Shown one piece after another: positions 32,205-47,446 of a DNA stretch of 64,000 nt. Source of the stretch: Chrysomallon squamiferum (taxonomy: Eukaryota; Animalia; Mollusca); the NCBI GenBank assembly GCA_012295275.1, contig CM022679.1:25420001-25484000 (forward strand), read 5' to 3'. How positions within the stretch are numbered: position 1 is the first letter of the stretch; each line of letters starts with the position of its first letter. Below the pieces are notes generated by a model. The model made no database searches, was not told the DNA's origin, and saw only the letters and a program-made list of their open reading frames with translations. The translations under genes and the position numbers were made by a program.

Positions 32205-33070
32205 TCAGTTTATTTGGTACATTGTGTGGCACAATCTATATACATATATTATGTAAATGCCTGATATAAATTGTTGGTTATATAATGAATTACTTTCAGA
32301 TTTTGCTTGGGTACAATCTGTATGTGTAAATATGTGAAATACAGAATTGGTATTTTGGATATGTGAAGAAATAATCTTTGTTTTTGTATGATACAGTTTG
32401 TATATGTGAATGTCTGAAACATGGTATTGTTTGTTAGGTATATAAATGAACTACTCTTAAGTTTGTGTGGTACAATCTGTATATGTAAATGCTTGAAATA
32501 CAGTATTGTTTGATGGTATATGATGAATATTCTCAGTTTTTATGTGTACTATCTATCTGTCTATCTAAATCTATATATATATAAACTCTAAGTTTCTGTA
32601 TGATACTGTTTGTATATATAAATATCTGAAACATGGTATTTTTTGTTGGATATATAATGAATATTCTTAGGTTTTGTCTGGCATCTAATCTGTATATATG
32701 AAGTTTGAGACAGTATTGTTTGTTAGATACTCTTTGTTTTTATATAGTACAGAAACAATACTATTTGGAATATGATGAAGTACTTTCAGTTCATATAAAA
32801 CAATGTTATCAGAAATATAATACCATTTTGTCTCTTTTATGTTGGACTTAGTTTGTTATGTACATATCCAAAATATACTATTATTTGTGTTGTACAGTCT
32901 GTATATATTTCCTCCAAAATATATTATTTGTTTGGTAGGCCCTATATAATAAACTGTTTCAGTTATTATGATACAATCTATCTATTGGATCTTTGAGAGA
33001 CTACTCTCAATTTGTACATCACAGTATGTATGTGTATATGAGAAATACTGTGGTGTTTGTTTGGTTGTAT
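32205..33070. repeat. Old degenerate tandem array with a unit of about 78-80 bp
   Basis: The motif ggtacaatctgtatatgtaaat..tgaaa(t/c)a..gtattgtttg recurs near 32228, 32310, 32390, 32469, 32602 and 32680, with more decayed copies downstream. Confidence 0.8.
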
Positions 33071-33555
33071 GTATAGTATAGTTTATTAGTTTTAAGAGTT
33101 TTGGCTCACAGTTCATAAAACAATAACATTTGATAAGTGGTGTGTACAGGAAGACAGACAATTAACTAATTAATGTATAATTCAGTTGAACAGTTTCATC
33201 CAGTGAAAAGTAGACAAAGTAAAACTTAATAAAGTGATATTAAAACACTCATGTCTCATTATCAGTCAATTATTCATCTTAACAAAATCAAATCTGAACA
33301 ATGTTATAAACTATAAACCTCTCTGAACATTAATTTGCAATGCTGCCTGTGTTGTATATTCTAATTATTCATATCAGCTTTAATATGTTTCATATCAGTT
33401 ATAAAGATTACTAATAGAATTGTTGCACCTATTCATCATGTACTTCTTTCATCATACAGGATCATTCCTTTATTATTATACTGCAAGTGTATAACAAGTG
33501 TATTTTTGAGTAAGGTAGGTAAGAAACATGACATGAAAGCACGGATAAAATGCTG

Positions 33556-33643
<88 letters not shown>

Positions 33644-36600
33644 TGAATTATGTACATATATATAAAAATTCATGTACTAATTGAACTCTGTATTTATATA
33701 CACATACACATACATACAGAGAAGACACACACACACACACACACACACAGACAGCGAGTGAGAGAGTGAAAGTTCAGTTAGTGCATAAATCTTTGTGGTG
33801 GATTTAGTGAATTTCAGAAAAAAAATATGCAGAATAAAAGATAAAGTTTATAGATACGGATAATTTACTCGGCTTTAAAAAAAAAATTAAAAATCAAAAT
33901 AAATATATTTAAAAAAATAAACATTCCCACCACACAAAAAAAAGTAAATCATAAAATAAGCAAAAGGAGTCATAATGTTTACAGTTAAGAGATTTGAAAT
34001 GGTTATGTTTATCATATATTTATTGCAAAATTATCTTAAATGCAAGTCATAACATTTACTGCAAAAGAAGAAAAACACCATCAGAAGTTTTGAATTTTTA
34101 CTTGCAAAGTTTATTGTGTTTCAAATAATAAACAAAATAAATAGGGTGTGACTGGTTTTTTTTGTGCTTTTTTTAAAATATAAATATAATACAATGATTT
34201 TGGTTCATATTAAAAATAAATTAGAGTATGAACATGATTTGAATAGACTATTAAGGTAATGTACAAGTTAATGTCATTTGTCCAGTAAAGAGTAAAATGG
34301 TAGGTGTCCACAGTTTCCATCGGTTTCCTGAAAAATATAATAAATTATAATGAATATTTACCAGCAAATACTTCACATTATATATTAATAATAAATACTG
34401 TTAAAATAAATTGTCAAATTAAAAAAAAAAAATTATGTTGATAAATATATAATTATTTTTCACCCTTACAAAGTGGTGTGATTTTGAATAAAGTTTCTTA
34501 TAAATCAATAAGAAAAAGAAAGAAAAAAGAAGAAAATAATGCAGAACTACAAGATCTACACTCCTCATGGTATTAGTATTTCACAAGCGGGTTAATAAAG
34601 GTTTTGCTCTGTGCTTTCCTGACAGTGAGATGATGCATATGAAATACAAAAGGTACCTTGCTACCAAATGATAGAAAGAGATAATAGAGTGATGGCAGAT
34701 GGTTTATTCTCTCATGGTCATATTATGGTTATACAAAGATGCTAATATTAAACTGTTTTGATATGACCTTAAAACAGGTACTAATACAGTCCACAAGATG
34801 TTGTTTTCTGGCCTTGCTTATCATGTTACAGAGAGTTTCTTGTAAAGAGGTCTGCACACTACAAGTATGTGTGTATAGTTAGCTGCGGTTAAATACACAA
34901 CACACTTACAAATATCACGTTAACAACACTTAAAAAGCCAAGTACGGTATTTAAGTGGAGTACAGTATTAGAACCTAAATGTATCTGACCGTGATTATTT
35001 TGATAAGAATTAAAACACAGCTAAATTAATCAGTAGTGGTTCACCTTAAAAAGAAACAAGCCAACTTGGAGTTATCAATAAAACTGATAAAAAATTCCAA
35101 GAAATGTTCAGAAGATAATTTCAAGGTTAAAGGTAACAGCTGTTTGGTCAGAATGAGATGCAGATGTAGTTCCAAAATTGTTGTTACACATATTTATCAA
35201 AGGTGAACAGAATTAAAAACATAAACTACAATAAATATGATAATAACACTAAATTAATACACATATATGAGCATAATAATAATAATAATAAATTACAATG
35301 AATAATACTGATGTTATTAATTAAAACTTATATAACAATTCTAAATAAGCAAATTCTAAATAGTGACATAACCTATATACAAATATCAATTTCAAATATT
35401 AATCTTACTGTTAGTTCTTAAAAAAGGAAGTTTTAAATGATTCATTCCCTTATTATATATTTTATAATTTTTGTTTCTAATAGAACAAAGAATAAACTAA
35501 TCTAATAACAAATGTATTTAGTATTTTAAGAAAATAATAACTTAGTGAATAACACAGAACTGAACCACATTCCAAGAGAAGAAAAAATAAATTTTACAGA
35601 AACAAAAATAGCTAAAGGCAACATTAAAAGCAAAAGAAAATAAACATTTGTTTTTAAAAGATCAAAAAGAAAGAAGAATAGAAACAAAAATAAATACTTA
35701 AGAAGGAAAATTTTTTATAAAATTAAAATAGTGTAAATAAATAAAATAAAACAAAAACAACCCAACACCAAGTTTTAAATGTTAAATGAGCAGCTCCATA
35801 ATGATGAAAAAATGCATAAATTTACAAATGAACAGCAGCACTGAATAACATTAAAAGCCAGATAACATGCATATACCTCCCTTTTCCCATCAAACAATGT
35901 GAAAAAGAGTTTTGTCAAGAAAGACTATCTCATTTGATTTCACTGAAGCACTGAAAATGAAAATAAAAGTTAATCACAAGCATATGGCCAAATAGGTATT
36001 TCTGTATCTGGAATATTCATTCTGTTAAACTGTGAAATATATTTACTTGAAAAAAAAATGTTAAAAAAATAGAAATAAAAAAATAAGAAAGAATACAAAA
36101 TTAGAAAAGAAAATATTTTAGAAATAGGGAGTGAGACCATAATGTAAAAGAAAAACTTCTCTTAAATCTGCAAAAGTTTAAAAGTAGATGATTAATTAAA
36201 AATATTACTTAAAATTAATTTTTGATGTATAGTAAATATTTTCAGAACTACTGGTATCATTGTAAAGTAATTACTAAATGACATAAATGACCAACAATGC
36301 AATTACATGTCAATTCATTAGTGTTGCTACCACAGCTGACTAAAACAAATGCAAACTGCTTTACATGTCCTTCAGCATTCAATCAGTAAGTGATTAATCA
36401 TCTGACCCACAGGGCACTCTGTCACATATAGTCTGGACAAACTGCCAGAAGAAATAAATATTTGTATAACCCAGGCTCTTAGGCTGGATCCTGCTGTCAC
36501 AGGCCATGAGGCAGTGATCAGGTTTCAGCAAAACAACTCGCCAAACATAGTCAGATTTCAGTGTGTTAGTTCTCTGTAGAGGAAATCTCAAAACAGTTAT

Positions 36601-37737
36601 TCCATACAGAGTTCTTCTTTAGATGAAGGCAACAATGTTTGAAATGGAGCTAAAGTGTCATTACCATATTCAAAAACTGTCAATGATTCTAATATAGCAT
36701 TTCAGCTATTCACTAATAATAATTAACAACTTGCATTAAAGATCAGTTATGTAATTATAAAGAGTATTTCAGAAATATCAAGGCTGTGTCAAATTAATAA
36801 AAGACTGCAGTTTTGTTGTTGTTGTTGTTGTTTTATAAAATGATTAGATGGTAAAACATAAAACTACATGCTTTAAAATGTAATTTCTGAGGTAATATAC
36901 CTAACTATGGTACTTGAAATTAATTCAAATAGACCTTATGATCTTTATCTACCATTCTCAGGTTTCTTCAGTTACAACTGCTGTAGATAAATTATAATGC
37001 TATTTGTTTTTTTGTTTTTTTTTGTACTGTGCAATCATTTTTTTTTTAGTATATTTAAATGTGGACAAAACAACAACAATGTAACTTTTTGTTGTATTTT
37101 ATTTAGAAGATAAAATAATAAATGGACTAATTCTGTCATAAAGAAAAATGGATCCATATTTAAATTATATGACTGCTTTTATTTTATGAGGCACTACAGC
37201 ATTTAGGAATGCATGATCTATTAAACTGGTTGCTACTCTTAAAGATAAGTGACTCTACCAGTATATATAAATATTTATTTTTCTAAATATACATATCTGT
37301 TAATATTATAATTAATTTGCACCTTTGCAGAAAATGATAAATCTGAAAGAACTGTTGCTCAGAAGTTGAAGCACTGGCTAAATGAATTATCCTGGTGGCC
37401 TAGATTTCTATGTACACATGTGTTTCCAATACTAGCAGAAGGGTAAAGCATTATTTGTAACCAGTCTGCATTCCTCTACAGCATGTTCATACCAGAAAAT
37501 CTGTTGCTGGGAGACAGATAAGTAAAATGTGACATTGATGACAGCTGTGGCACTGAAACAGAATCTACTATTTCAGCAGAATATTTTTAAATGTGTGTGT
37601 GCTTTTTATTTTGAAAACAGAATGAAAAAGTCAAAGAATAGCTGTCATTACAAAGAAATTATAGCTATGTCCTGAATTCTGTCAGAGGTCAAAATATATA
37701 AATTAATAATTTACTAATTGATATAGTATTTACTGTA

Positions 37738-37799
<62 letters not shown>

Positions 37800-38090
37800 C
37801 ATGAAGAGAAAGAAAGAAGACTTGATATACAGAATGAAAATATTCCTCTCCTCAATGTCTCAGTTTTGCAACACACATTAACTTACTTCTCTTGTCTATA
37901 TTATAACATTCTAGTTTATATTACTTCTGTGAAGACATCTGAGTAACCTATCTATATATTATATTATTACTGCTTACGTCAATTATTGCTTTACAAAGAA
38001 AAATTAATGCTGTTACTACTTGAAAAACAACACAATATACATAACAAGATGAAATAAACTAGTCATTAAAAGAAAGAAAAAAAAAACTTC

Positions 38091-38121
<31 letters not shown>

Positions 38122-38706
38122 TAATGATTGCTATACATTCAGTACTGGTCTGATGGGAAAACAGCATTTTATTACAGAGTGCTTTAACAGGCCCGCCCTC
38201 CTGGCTGTCTGTCAAACTGATTTTTAATCATCATCTGAACCTGAGTACCACCCATTTTCACTCTGCAATGTTGCACCACTCAGCAGTTTACAGCCTGCAC
38301 ATGACAGATCACTTTACATTTGCACTTTTATTTGTGTTGGCACAAAGGATAAAACAAGAGGCACCACACATCATGGATTCAGAGAAAGAAGATTATTTTT
38401 ATCTACATGACATCATGCAGTAACAAATGAAAGAAAGGTTTAAAAAAAAAAAAAAAGATAACGCAATCATGATGTTTTTATGGTTAAAAGAGTTTCCTTT
38501 TATTTCATATGGAATGATTAAAAAATTAGCATCTCTGATGTAATTCTAATGTTAATAGTCTTCAGCTGAGTTAAAAAGATGCCATGCAACAATGGATTAC
38601 TTTAATTTATGTCATAACAATCCTTTATGATCATGAAGGTTATAATAATAAAATTCTTGAAGTCTGTCTGAAAAAGTCATGTTACATTTTTATATATATA
38701 TGTATA

Positions 38707-38759
<53 letters not shown>

Positions 38760-40315
38760 TAACAAAAAGAGAATAATAAAACAACACAAATTTAAGTAAA
38801 AGTTAACATAGTAAACTGACACTGAAAACGTGTCTGCTTAATTCTGATCAAAGCTTATTTTATTACATCATAATTTCACAGTAAAATAAATAAATAAATA
38901 AATATAATGAAAGAAAATTAATCATATATACATAAAAAAAGTGAAACCAGTTAAAACACATTATAATTTCTGACAATGTATTTTTTTTCAGATTTCTAAG
39001 TAAGACAAATGTAATAAAAAATATTAAGCTGTCATGAAATCTTTATTTTCTGTATGGAAGGAAAAAACAAAAACAGCCAAACAATATAAAATTTTAAATA
39101 ATAAAATAACAATACCAAGCAATAATTTGTTTCACATATTCTCAACAATGCACTTACAATGCATTGTCAGGAAATCCTCCTGCAGGGATGGTTGTAGGAA
39201 TGGGGGAGATGGGTGCCAAATCAGATGTCAAAGGTTGGCACATTATTCTGTAACCACAATCAATGTTTATATCAAGAATGCCAAACCTGACAAGTACAAT
39301 ACATTATAAGTCTAAATTTCTAAGCACCATCTTCCCACTCCAACACTTTATGGCCTATATCTGTCAGGTGCTCTATTTGGAAAGCAAACGAGACTTCAAA
39401 ACAAAACAAGTACACTGAACTGAACTTGGAGTGTTTTATTTTGAAAAACAAAATTGTTATCATGGCCAGAATGAAAATGATAAAGAAAGTGAAATTTATT
39501 TGAAAAATACTGAAAAAGAAATGCATTAAAAAAAAAAGAAAAAGAAAAGGAAAGGTAAGAGTAGTAAATAACTGTAATACAAAAGTATCCTCAGTGTATC
39601 AGGGATTTTTTAAAATATTTTTCTGTACAAGTGAAATGAAAATGTCAGCCTCAAAATATCCTCATAAGCTTATTATTTTATCAGAATATTTCAATATAAA
39701 AACTAAAAATGTTGTAGCAAACAAAAGAATAGAACCATTTCATGTACACTTTAAATATATTTTATTTAAAATAAAAGGATCTTGTGGTGAAAATAATTAA
39801 AATCACAACACACAACAAATGTATTAATTTCTTTAAGAGGACCCGTTGATAAAGTATTAAAATAATAATAATCTCATATTTTTAATATTCTAAAATGTTA
39901 TGAAGGCTTCCATTAAAAGATTATTAGTTTTTCCTCCTTGAAAAAATAAATCTTTAAACAAATTATTTGATGTAAATATTTATCCACATTTTGTTATTTG
40001 AAAAAACAAAACAACAATAATAATGATGTTATTAGTTATTTTCTTATACCTGTGTTTGAAATATCAATACTAAACTAAAAATGGTCAATACTGTTAAATT
40101 CCTTTGTTTAAAGTCCAATGTCTGTCATTTTGATCTACATCACATTATAAACATTAATTTAATGATATGAATAAACAAAATTAAATTCTTTTAAGGATAT
40201 TTTAAGGTGATTATTTATTAATGTATCTATTTCTGCAGAAAATAAAATATTAAAAGAATATAAAGTAGCAATCTAACAAGGATGTCTGGCATTTTGTCTG
40301 AATCTCTAAAATTTT

Positions 40316-40365
40316 TTACCAACTAGACAAGATTTTCTATAAATATTCTGACTAAACATTACTAA
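40316..40365. repeat. 50-bp dispersed repeat, copy 1
   Basis: ttaccaactagacaagattttctataaatattctgactaaacattactaa is identical to 44236-44285. Confidence 0.9.
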
Positions 40366-40635
40366 TAATTTTGTCTGAGGACTATAAAAATTCCCCAATA
40401 AGATCAAGGAAATTGCAGATCTGCTTAGTTATTCATTGACTAGGTACCTTTACTTGGCATGTATAATCTGTATACAGAAGTTTCATCAGATCTGTACCTG
40501 CTTTTGTATCCTTACATTTCTGCTAAAAAAAATTAATACAAAGACTTTTTTTGAGTTATGCATTCTACCCACCCATACTGAACCAAACAGATTTTCTGGA
40601 ATTGAAAAAAAAGAAAAAGAAAATTTTCACCTACC

Positions 40636-43600
40636 TTATTCTTGTCCTACATTCATCTTTTTGCATTCTTCAGAATTAGCTTTGTTCAAGAAATATGACT
40701 CGCAAGGGAAAAATGATGTCTTTGTAATTTTCTTTGTGTGCTTCTTTGATCCTTTTATTCTATCAAACTTTTTTAAAGTTTGTCTGAAATGAAAATAATA
40801 AACACATATACTTCAAATCAGAGAATTAAAGCCAAGAATGTAAATTAAGAGCATGTTTAACCAACAAATCTTTTTAATATTAATTGTTTCTTTTTTTGTT
40901 GACACTTCTTTGTATGAATTATGTCCATGAATAACTAAAAAGAACAGTTAATCCATTTTTCTTCTCATATATATAATATATCATTATTATAATTTTTTAT
41001 CTGTAAAGGCTGATTTGATAAGTAACAAGACAACCTTGAAGTGTAACAAAATATGTTTTGAAATTGTTCACAATGCAGATAAAAATGAAAAGTATTTTTA
41101 ATATCCAGAATCTCACCTGAACTGAAAATCTGGTCTCTTCATTTGTAAGCAGAGTTTAACGGGTGTGTCATAAAAATCTGCATCTGTTGTGAAATCTATG
41201 GCTGAGGCACCCTCACCAGAAAATTCTATCCCAGCAGCAAATTCTAATGATTCAAGCTGTATTGAGCCTTCTATGTAAACAGCACCACTAAAAATAAATA
41301 GAAAAAGATTAAAAATATTGTTAAAAATAATTGTAAAACTAATCTTCACAGATTTTCTTTGAAATGCTTGATATTTCTTAGAATCATGATTCCTGATTTT
41401 CATTTTTGTATTTATTTTCTGTGTTTAGTATCTAATATATATCTGGATGATAAAAAAAAAAATAAAAAAATAAAAAGTGAGTGAAGTAAATGCAACAAAA
41501 ACTAAAATGTTGGGAAAATATGCTTTTTAATATGTTATACGCTGAAAAGAGAATGTAAAATTTTATTAGTGTGTTTGTTAAATGCACACAAAACATAAGG
41601 CTAATAAAATAGGACAATGATTCTACATTTAAATCAAGCATAATTACAAAACTAATTAAGACTTGGGACTAAACATTCACATGCATTCATCATTTAAACA
41701 GCTTCTCAAAAGCATGACATGTCATAAAATGTTGGAATGGTATAACCTATGATGATTTTTGGATTACACTCAGTTTGGTGTGGAATGGCATGGAATAACT
41801 TGTGTTATACTTGACTGATTACCTATTTTTGATAACAGAATCACAGTTTCGATTCCATAGACTGATACTAATGTATCCAGACAGGTCCATGGATAATACA
41901 CCTGTCACATCAATATTTATAATAAGGCCATTAGAAAGATGAACTCTTTGATAGTGATCCTGAAGGAGGAAATTTCCCTAAATAAATAAAAAATAAAATT
42001 ACAATTATTGTTAATATTTTATCTGTATCAAATTTAAAATTAATTCTAAGGAAGAATCCATAATAATTTTGTATATAACAAAATCAGTTTTACATACACT
42101 TTTTTTTTATTTTTGTATTCCAAGTTGTAAGCATTTTGTGTATAATAAATACAGTGATGATGGCAATTATAGTCAAAATCTTTGTTTACAAAACAATGTA
42201 AAAAATGTTAAAAAATATATATTTTTACAATTATTGTTTCCAAGAAAACATATATTAAAACAAAATTGTAAAATTATTTTTTGACCATTCACCATTTTCA
42301 TAACAATTTTAAAGAAATATCCATAACTCATCAACTATGTATCACTTTTATATAATTTATAAAACAAATAAAAAATAAAATAATATTTTTTTGTCTGTAC
42401 ATTAATTCTAATGTAATTTCTATCACCTGTAATGCTGAGGTTAGTTCAGATGGAGCATTCCAAACGGCAGCCATCAAGCCAGACATTCCACGAAAAAACT
42501 CCACCTGTTTTAGGACAACGTCCATCATGGTGAAAGACATGCCTGCCATGGGCTCTACACCATTCTCCTCCTCACCTTTATCATCTGACTGTGTTTCTTC
42601 TGAACTCTCTTCTGTCATCATAGACTCCAGACCATCAGCAAATATACTGAACTACACAACAATATAAAATTCTGATCTTAGAAATTATAATTGAGAAATA
42701 GCAAAGTTTCTTTTAAAAACATAAACAAAAAATTCAGTGTAATAAAATAAGTCTAAAGCAATAAAATATTTTCATATCAGTTTTTAAATAGGTTAATCCA
42801 GAATTTTAATCTCTTAATACAAACAAGTCAAAAATTGTTAAAAAAAACCTTGAAAATGGTTAAGATGAAATATTTATAACTATCTATTTATTAGAATATT
42901 GCAGATTAGTTCTGGAAATTTCTTGAATATTTCATCATTTCTTTTGGTAAGGAATAATTCATTCTCATGATGTATGATTTCAAATTCAATACTGATTTTT
43001 AGTATTCCAACATGGTAGCATATTTACTATAATGAACACATGTCAAATAAATGATATAACAAACAACCTTTTGATAAATAATTAAATAATTCCAGTTTTT
43101 TTTTTTTTATCTTATTTATTATTTTTACTGTTATTATAATAACTATACTATCAATTTTAAATTCTTCTGTATTTATAAAGCATGTTATTTATCTTTGTTC
43201 AAATCAAAAATGTTTGTGACATGCTAAATAAGTATGTATTTGGGATTATATATTTAAAAGAATAAAATAATTAATTAAAAACTCAAACATACTATTATAT
43301 TTCTAAAATTTATTTCACTGTATAATAAAAATAATATACATACCTCCAGAAATGTCTGGGTCCAGCTATGTCCAAGTAAACTGACATCCATGCCACTTCG
43401 TTTCATAACACCAGAATTGGAGTTTTCAAAAATAAGTCTGTAGGTGGCATCCATGTCATTTGTTGCTTAAGACAAAAATAAATATATAAATAAATAAAAC
43501 AAAATTTTCAAATATAAATCAGAGGACAAATAAATAAAAATAAACTTTAATAAATAATTTTATTTATGGACTATAATTTGAAATTAAATCTAACAAAAAC

Positions 43601-44135
43601 TGATTAGTTTATACTAAATAATAACAGAACCATGCATTTCTTAATCAAACAGTTATTGACATATTAATAAAGGGATTGATTATTATTAAAGACGTATAAT
43701 GAATTATATTAGCAATTGGCATATGCAAAAAATTATACTAGTCACAATAAAATAAGCTTATATATGAGTAATATTATAAAAAGTTTCATGTTTTCTCGGA
43801 TATAATTTCATTCAAAAAATTATTACAAAATTGTAGATAAAACTAAATAATAGAAAAAGTTTGAATAAATAACACTGAGCTTAAAAAAGAAACAAGAAGA
43901 AAGAATTCTAACAATATTTATAGATATTATTAAAAAAGTATAAAAATTGAATAAATTAAATTTACCTGCCAGAAAATTAGTAAACACACTTGATTTTCCT
44001 CTTTGTGATAACACATTATAATTATTGATTTCATTTTCTTTATAAATGCTTTGAAGAGTCATTCTGAAAAATATACCAATCAGTGAAATGAAAAATAAAA
44101 ACAAATGAAATTCTAAAAACTAAAACTTAAAATTA

Positions 44136-44175
<40 letters not shown>

Positions 44176-45491
44176 TGTATGCTTGTTTGTTCAGTTTAGC
44201 ATCAACGTGAATGAATATACTATAAGAAAAAACAGTTACCAACTAGACAAGATTTTCTATAAATATTCTGACTAAACATTACTAAAATGTTCAGTGTTGT
44301 CAATGAAAACATCTTGCTTACACAGGCAACAAAGAATGTCTGAGAGCAAAACAACCCAACATAAATAATATCTCTTAATTGAGATAAGGAAATTCATCAT
44401 TTAGTTTAGATATTTGTGTAATTTGTTTCAAAAGAGACATTAAAGTTATGATATACTAATGAAGTACATTTTTAATTTACCTGAGATTCTTATCCTGTCT
44501 GGCTTCATCTTCAATTTTTTGTTTAATAAAAGTAGACAACTCAAAATTGGATTGGTCTGTGATGGAGAGAAGAATATTTCTAAGTGTAGGAACTGATGGA
44601 TTGTTTTGTAAAATGATATTCAATGCTGAAAGTCTCACACTGGTATCGTAAGGCCTTTCATTCTGATGAAAGATTCGCAGCATTGTTTCTTTCACCTAGA
44701 AATATATTTATAAATGAACTTAATGAATTTACCTCTATGCACTTAAAAAGAAATATAAAGTAGTTTTTTGGCATTTATAGATATTTAGTAATTCAGAAAC
44801 AGAAAAAATATATGTTTTACATGACAACTATTAATATGATATTTTGACACATCTACAATATTTAAAGAGTATTTAAACAAATTTAATACAAAATTTACTA
44901 ATGTAATGAAAATAAAACAAAAATATTTCAACAATTAAAAATGTAATAACAAACAGAATAAAACTCAAGAGCCTTTTTTTTTTTAATGCAGAACAGTTTT
45001 ATAGGAAAGAATATAACATTTCTTCACCAAAAGAAATTCTTCAATAACAGATGAATTAATTTTTAACAAAAAAGATAAATAAAGCAAAATCCATATACCA
45101 CTTCTGTAATGAATGACTTGTCAAATCTTCGAAGAGCCTTGATGGCAATCTCATTTAGCATGCTGGTGTTGGCTTGTTCTGCATATGTTGTGATTGTAGT
45201 CACAGTGTTTGGTAATCCAGCATTGCCCAGAGCTCTCAAGTACATTCCTGTACAGGCCTCCTCTTCACATTTACTTAGGCTAGACAACAGAAGCCTTTGG
45301 AAGTCTTGAACTATCTAAAACGTAAGTAAAGCAATGTGAACATGTCAATCTTAGGTCATTATTTATTTTGAAAAAAAAACAAAAAAACAAAAAAATAAAA
45401 AAAATATACACACACATATTTATCACTGTATTCTTGATTAACTTAATTACATTGTTATAATGAAATTATTTCATTATGCTGTAAAAAAAAA

Positions 45492-45531
<40 letters not shown>

Positions 45532-47377
45532 CACACACACACACACAAAAACACACACACACACACACACACACATAAAATTAATAATCAAAACAGAAAA
45601 TAAATAAATAAATATTTTATAATTATATTAAGTGAACTTTTATTTTTCTGTTACAGAAGCTTTCATATGAAACTTTTAAGCATAATTTTGGTATTTAATG
45701 TGATATAAATTTCAGTTAAAATCTTACCTGATAAGAGCATTTGTCTTTGATTTGACAAAATGTATGAATAACAGCACCAGTTGCTAATAAAAGAGATTCT
45801 TTCAGGCTTTCACTTGGAATATTTTTCTTCAGTATAGACTAAAATCAAAAATTACAAAAACTGGCTCAGTTAATGTATTGGTTTTCAAAGACTTCTTCAT
45901 TTTCACTTCTATTAGCTTTGAAATCTTTACTTTATTAAAGTATGAACATTAAAAGAAACACACAGATACATACATCAGTCTTTTCTTTCTATTCTTAGAA
46001 GCCTTTGTAAAATATTTTAAAATACATTGATAGTTGGCACTGTCAAAAATATTTTTATAAATGAAATACAAATATAAATAAAACTGATTTATATTTGTAC
46101 AAGTTTGACTTCATTTTCAGTATGCCTATTTATGTCATTCTATTTCTCGCTCTTTATTTCATAAATGACAGTCAAATTTAATTCTGTTTGTATTAAGATT
46201 TTAATTATCACATGTATATAATTTTTTGTGCTATATTCAAACTGAACTAACAATTAAATCTGTTAGCAGATATTCTCCTGGATGAGTAGAATAGGTAACA
46301 GCCAGGAGGAAACGTTCAGGATGATCAGTGGAATAATCATCATCAAATGAAAGCAAATCCATAACTGCTTTTAAAGCTGCTGATGTTTGTGTGGCTGCAG
46401 CAATGTCTATCAACTGCGGTCTGAAAATTTAAATCTTAGATGGTCACAAAATAAACAGACTGGTATTTTTAGAAATATGTTTTATCTGTACTTTTCTCTA
46501 AGCATAACTAAATAAAGCAAACTTCACACTGGAGGTGACCTGGATTTCTGGATTATTATACATTTAAAATGCACAAAAAGTGAAAAGTACTGAACAAAAT
46601 TATAAATAACAGACACAAATTAACAGTCTTCTAAAGCCAGTTTTCTGAATGCCAGATTTAACTTTTATTAGAAAATACCAATGAAATAATTAATGTCAGA
46701 AGATGATTAGTCATGAATTCTTTGGTTCAAAAACTATACAAGATCAAAACTGACATTTGTAATTGTTTTTATTTCATTCTTACAACACTCTTTTATAAAT
46801 ATTTAAATCTCATAAATATTTAGATAAAATCTCTTGAAGGATCACAACCTCAATAAGTTACTGAAAGTGTTATTTGTCAGATTAATGTTCCATTGTATGA
46901 TATTTTAAAATGACAGTAAACTCCTTAACACAAATCCAGTTTATTTTGAGAAACAAAAAAATAGCCTCTGAGATACTTACACAATTAAATACGAATCTTT
47001 ACTTGTCATTACTTCAGCAATGAGATCTCTACTGGAATGCCTGAAACTCTTTAACATTTTGATAAATGCTTTGGCTGAAGCTATTGTGGCCAAATGTTCT
47101 TTTTGAAGATCATCATGCAATTGTGGTATCAATTTGAGAGGCTTAAACAAAAAAAAAATGTAATTTGAAAATGAATGCATTTTAATCATACAAAAAAAAA
47201 AGAAAATGAAAATGACATGATAAACATGATTATTATGACATTTAGACTAACTAGTTTGTTTCTTTAAAATAAATAAAATAAAAAAATAAATAAAAAAGAA
47301 AGAAAGAAATAGTAGTAGTAGTAGTAACAACAACATCAATAATAATAATCATCATACTAACTACTACTACTAATAAT

Positions 47378-47446
<69 letters not shown>

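Noticed and set aside
38139-38234. Minus-strand ATGATGA...CTGA resembling a box C/D snoRNA
   Set aside because: No convincing terminal stem outside the boxes and no rRNA-complementary guide that I can recognise.
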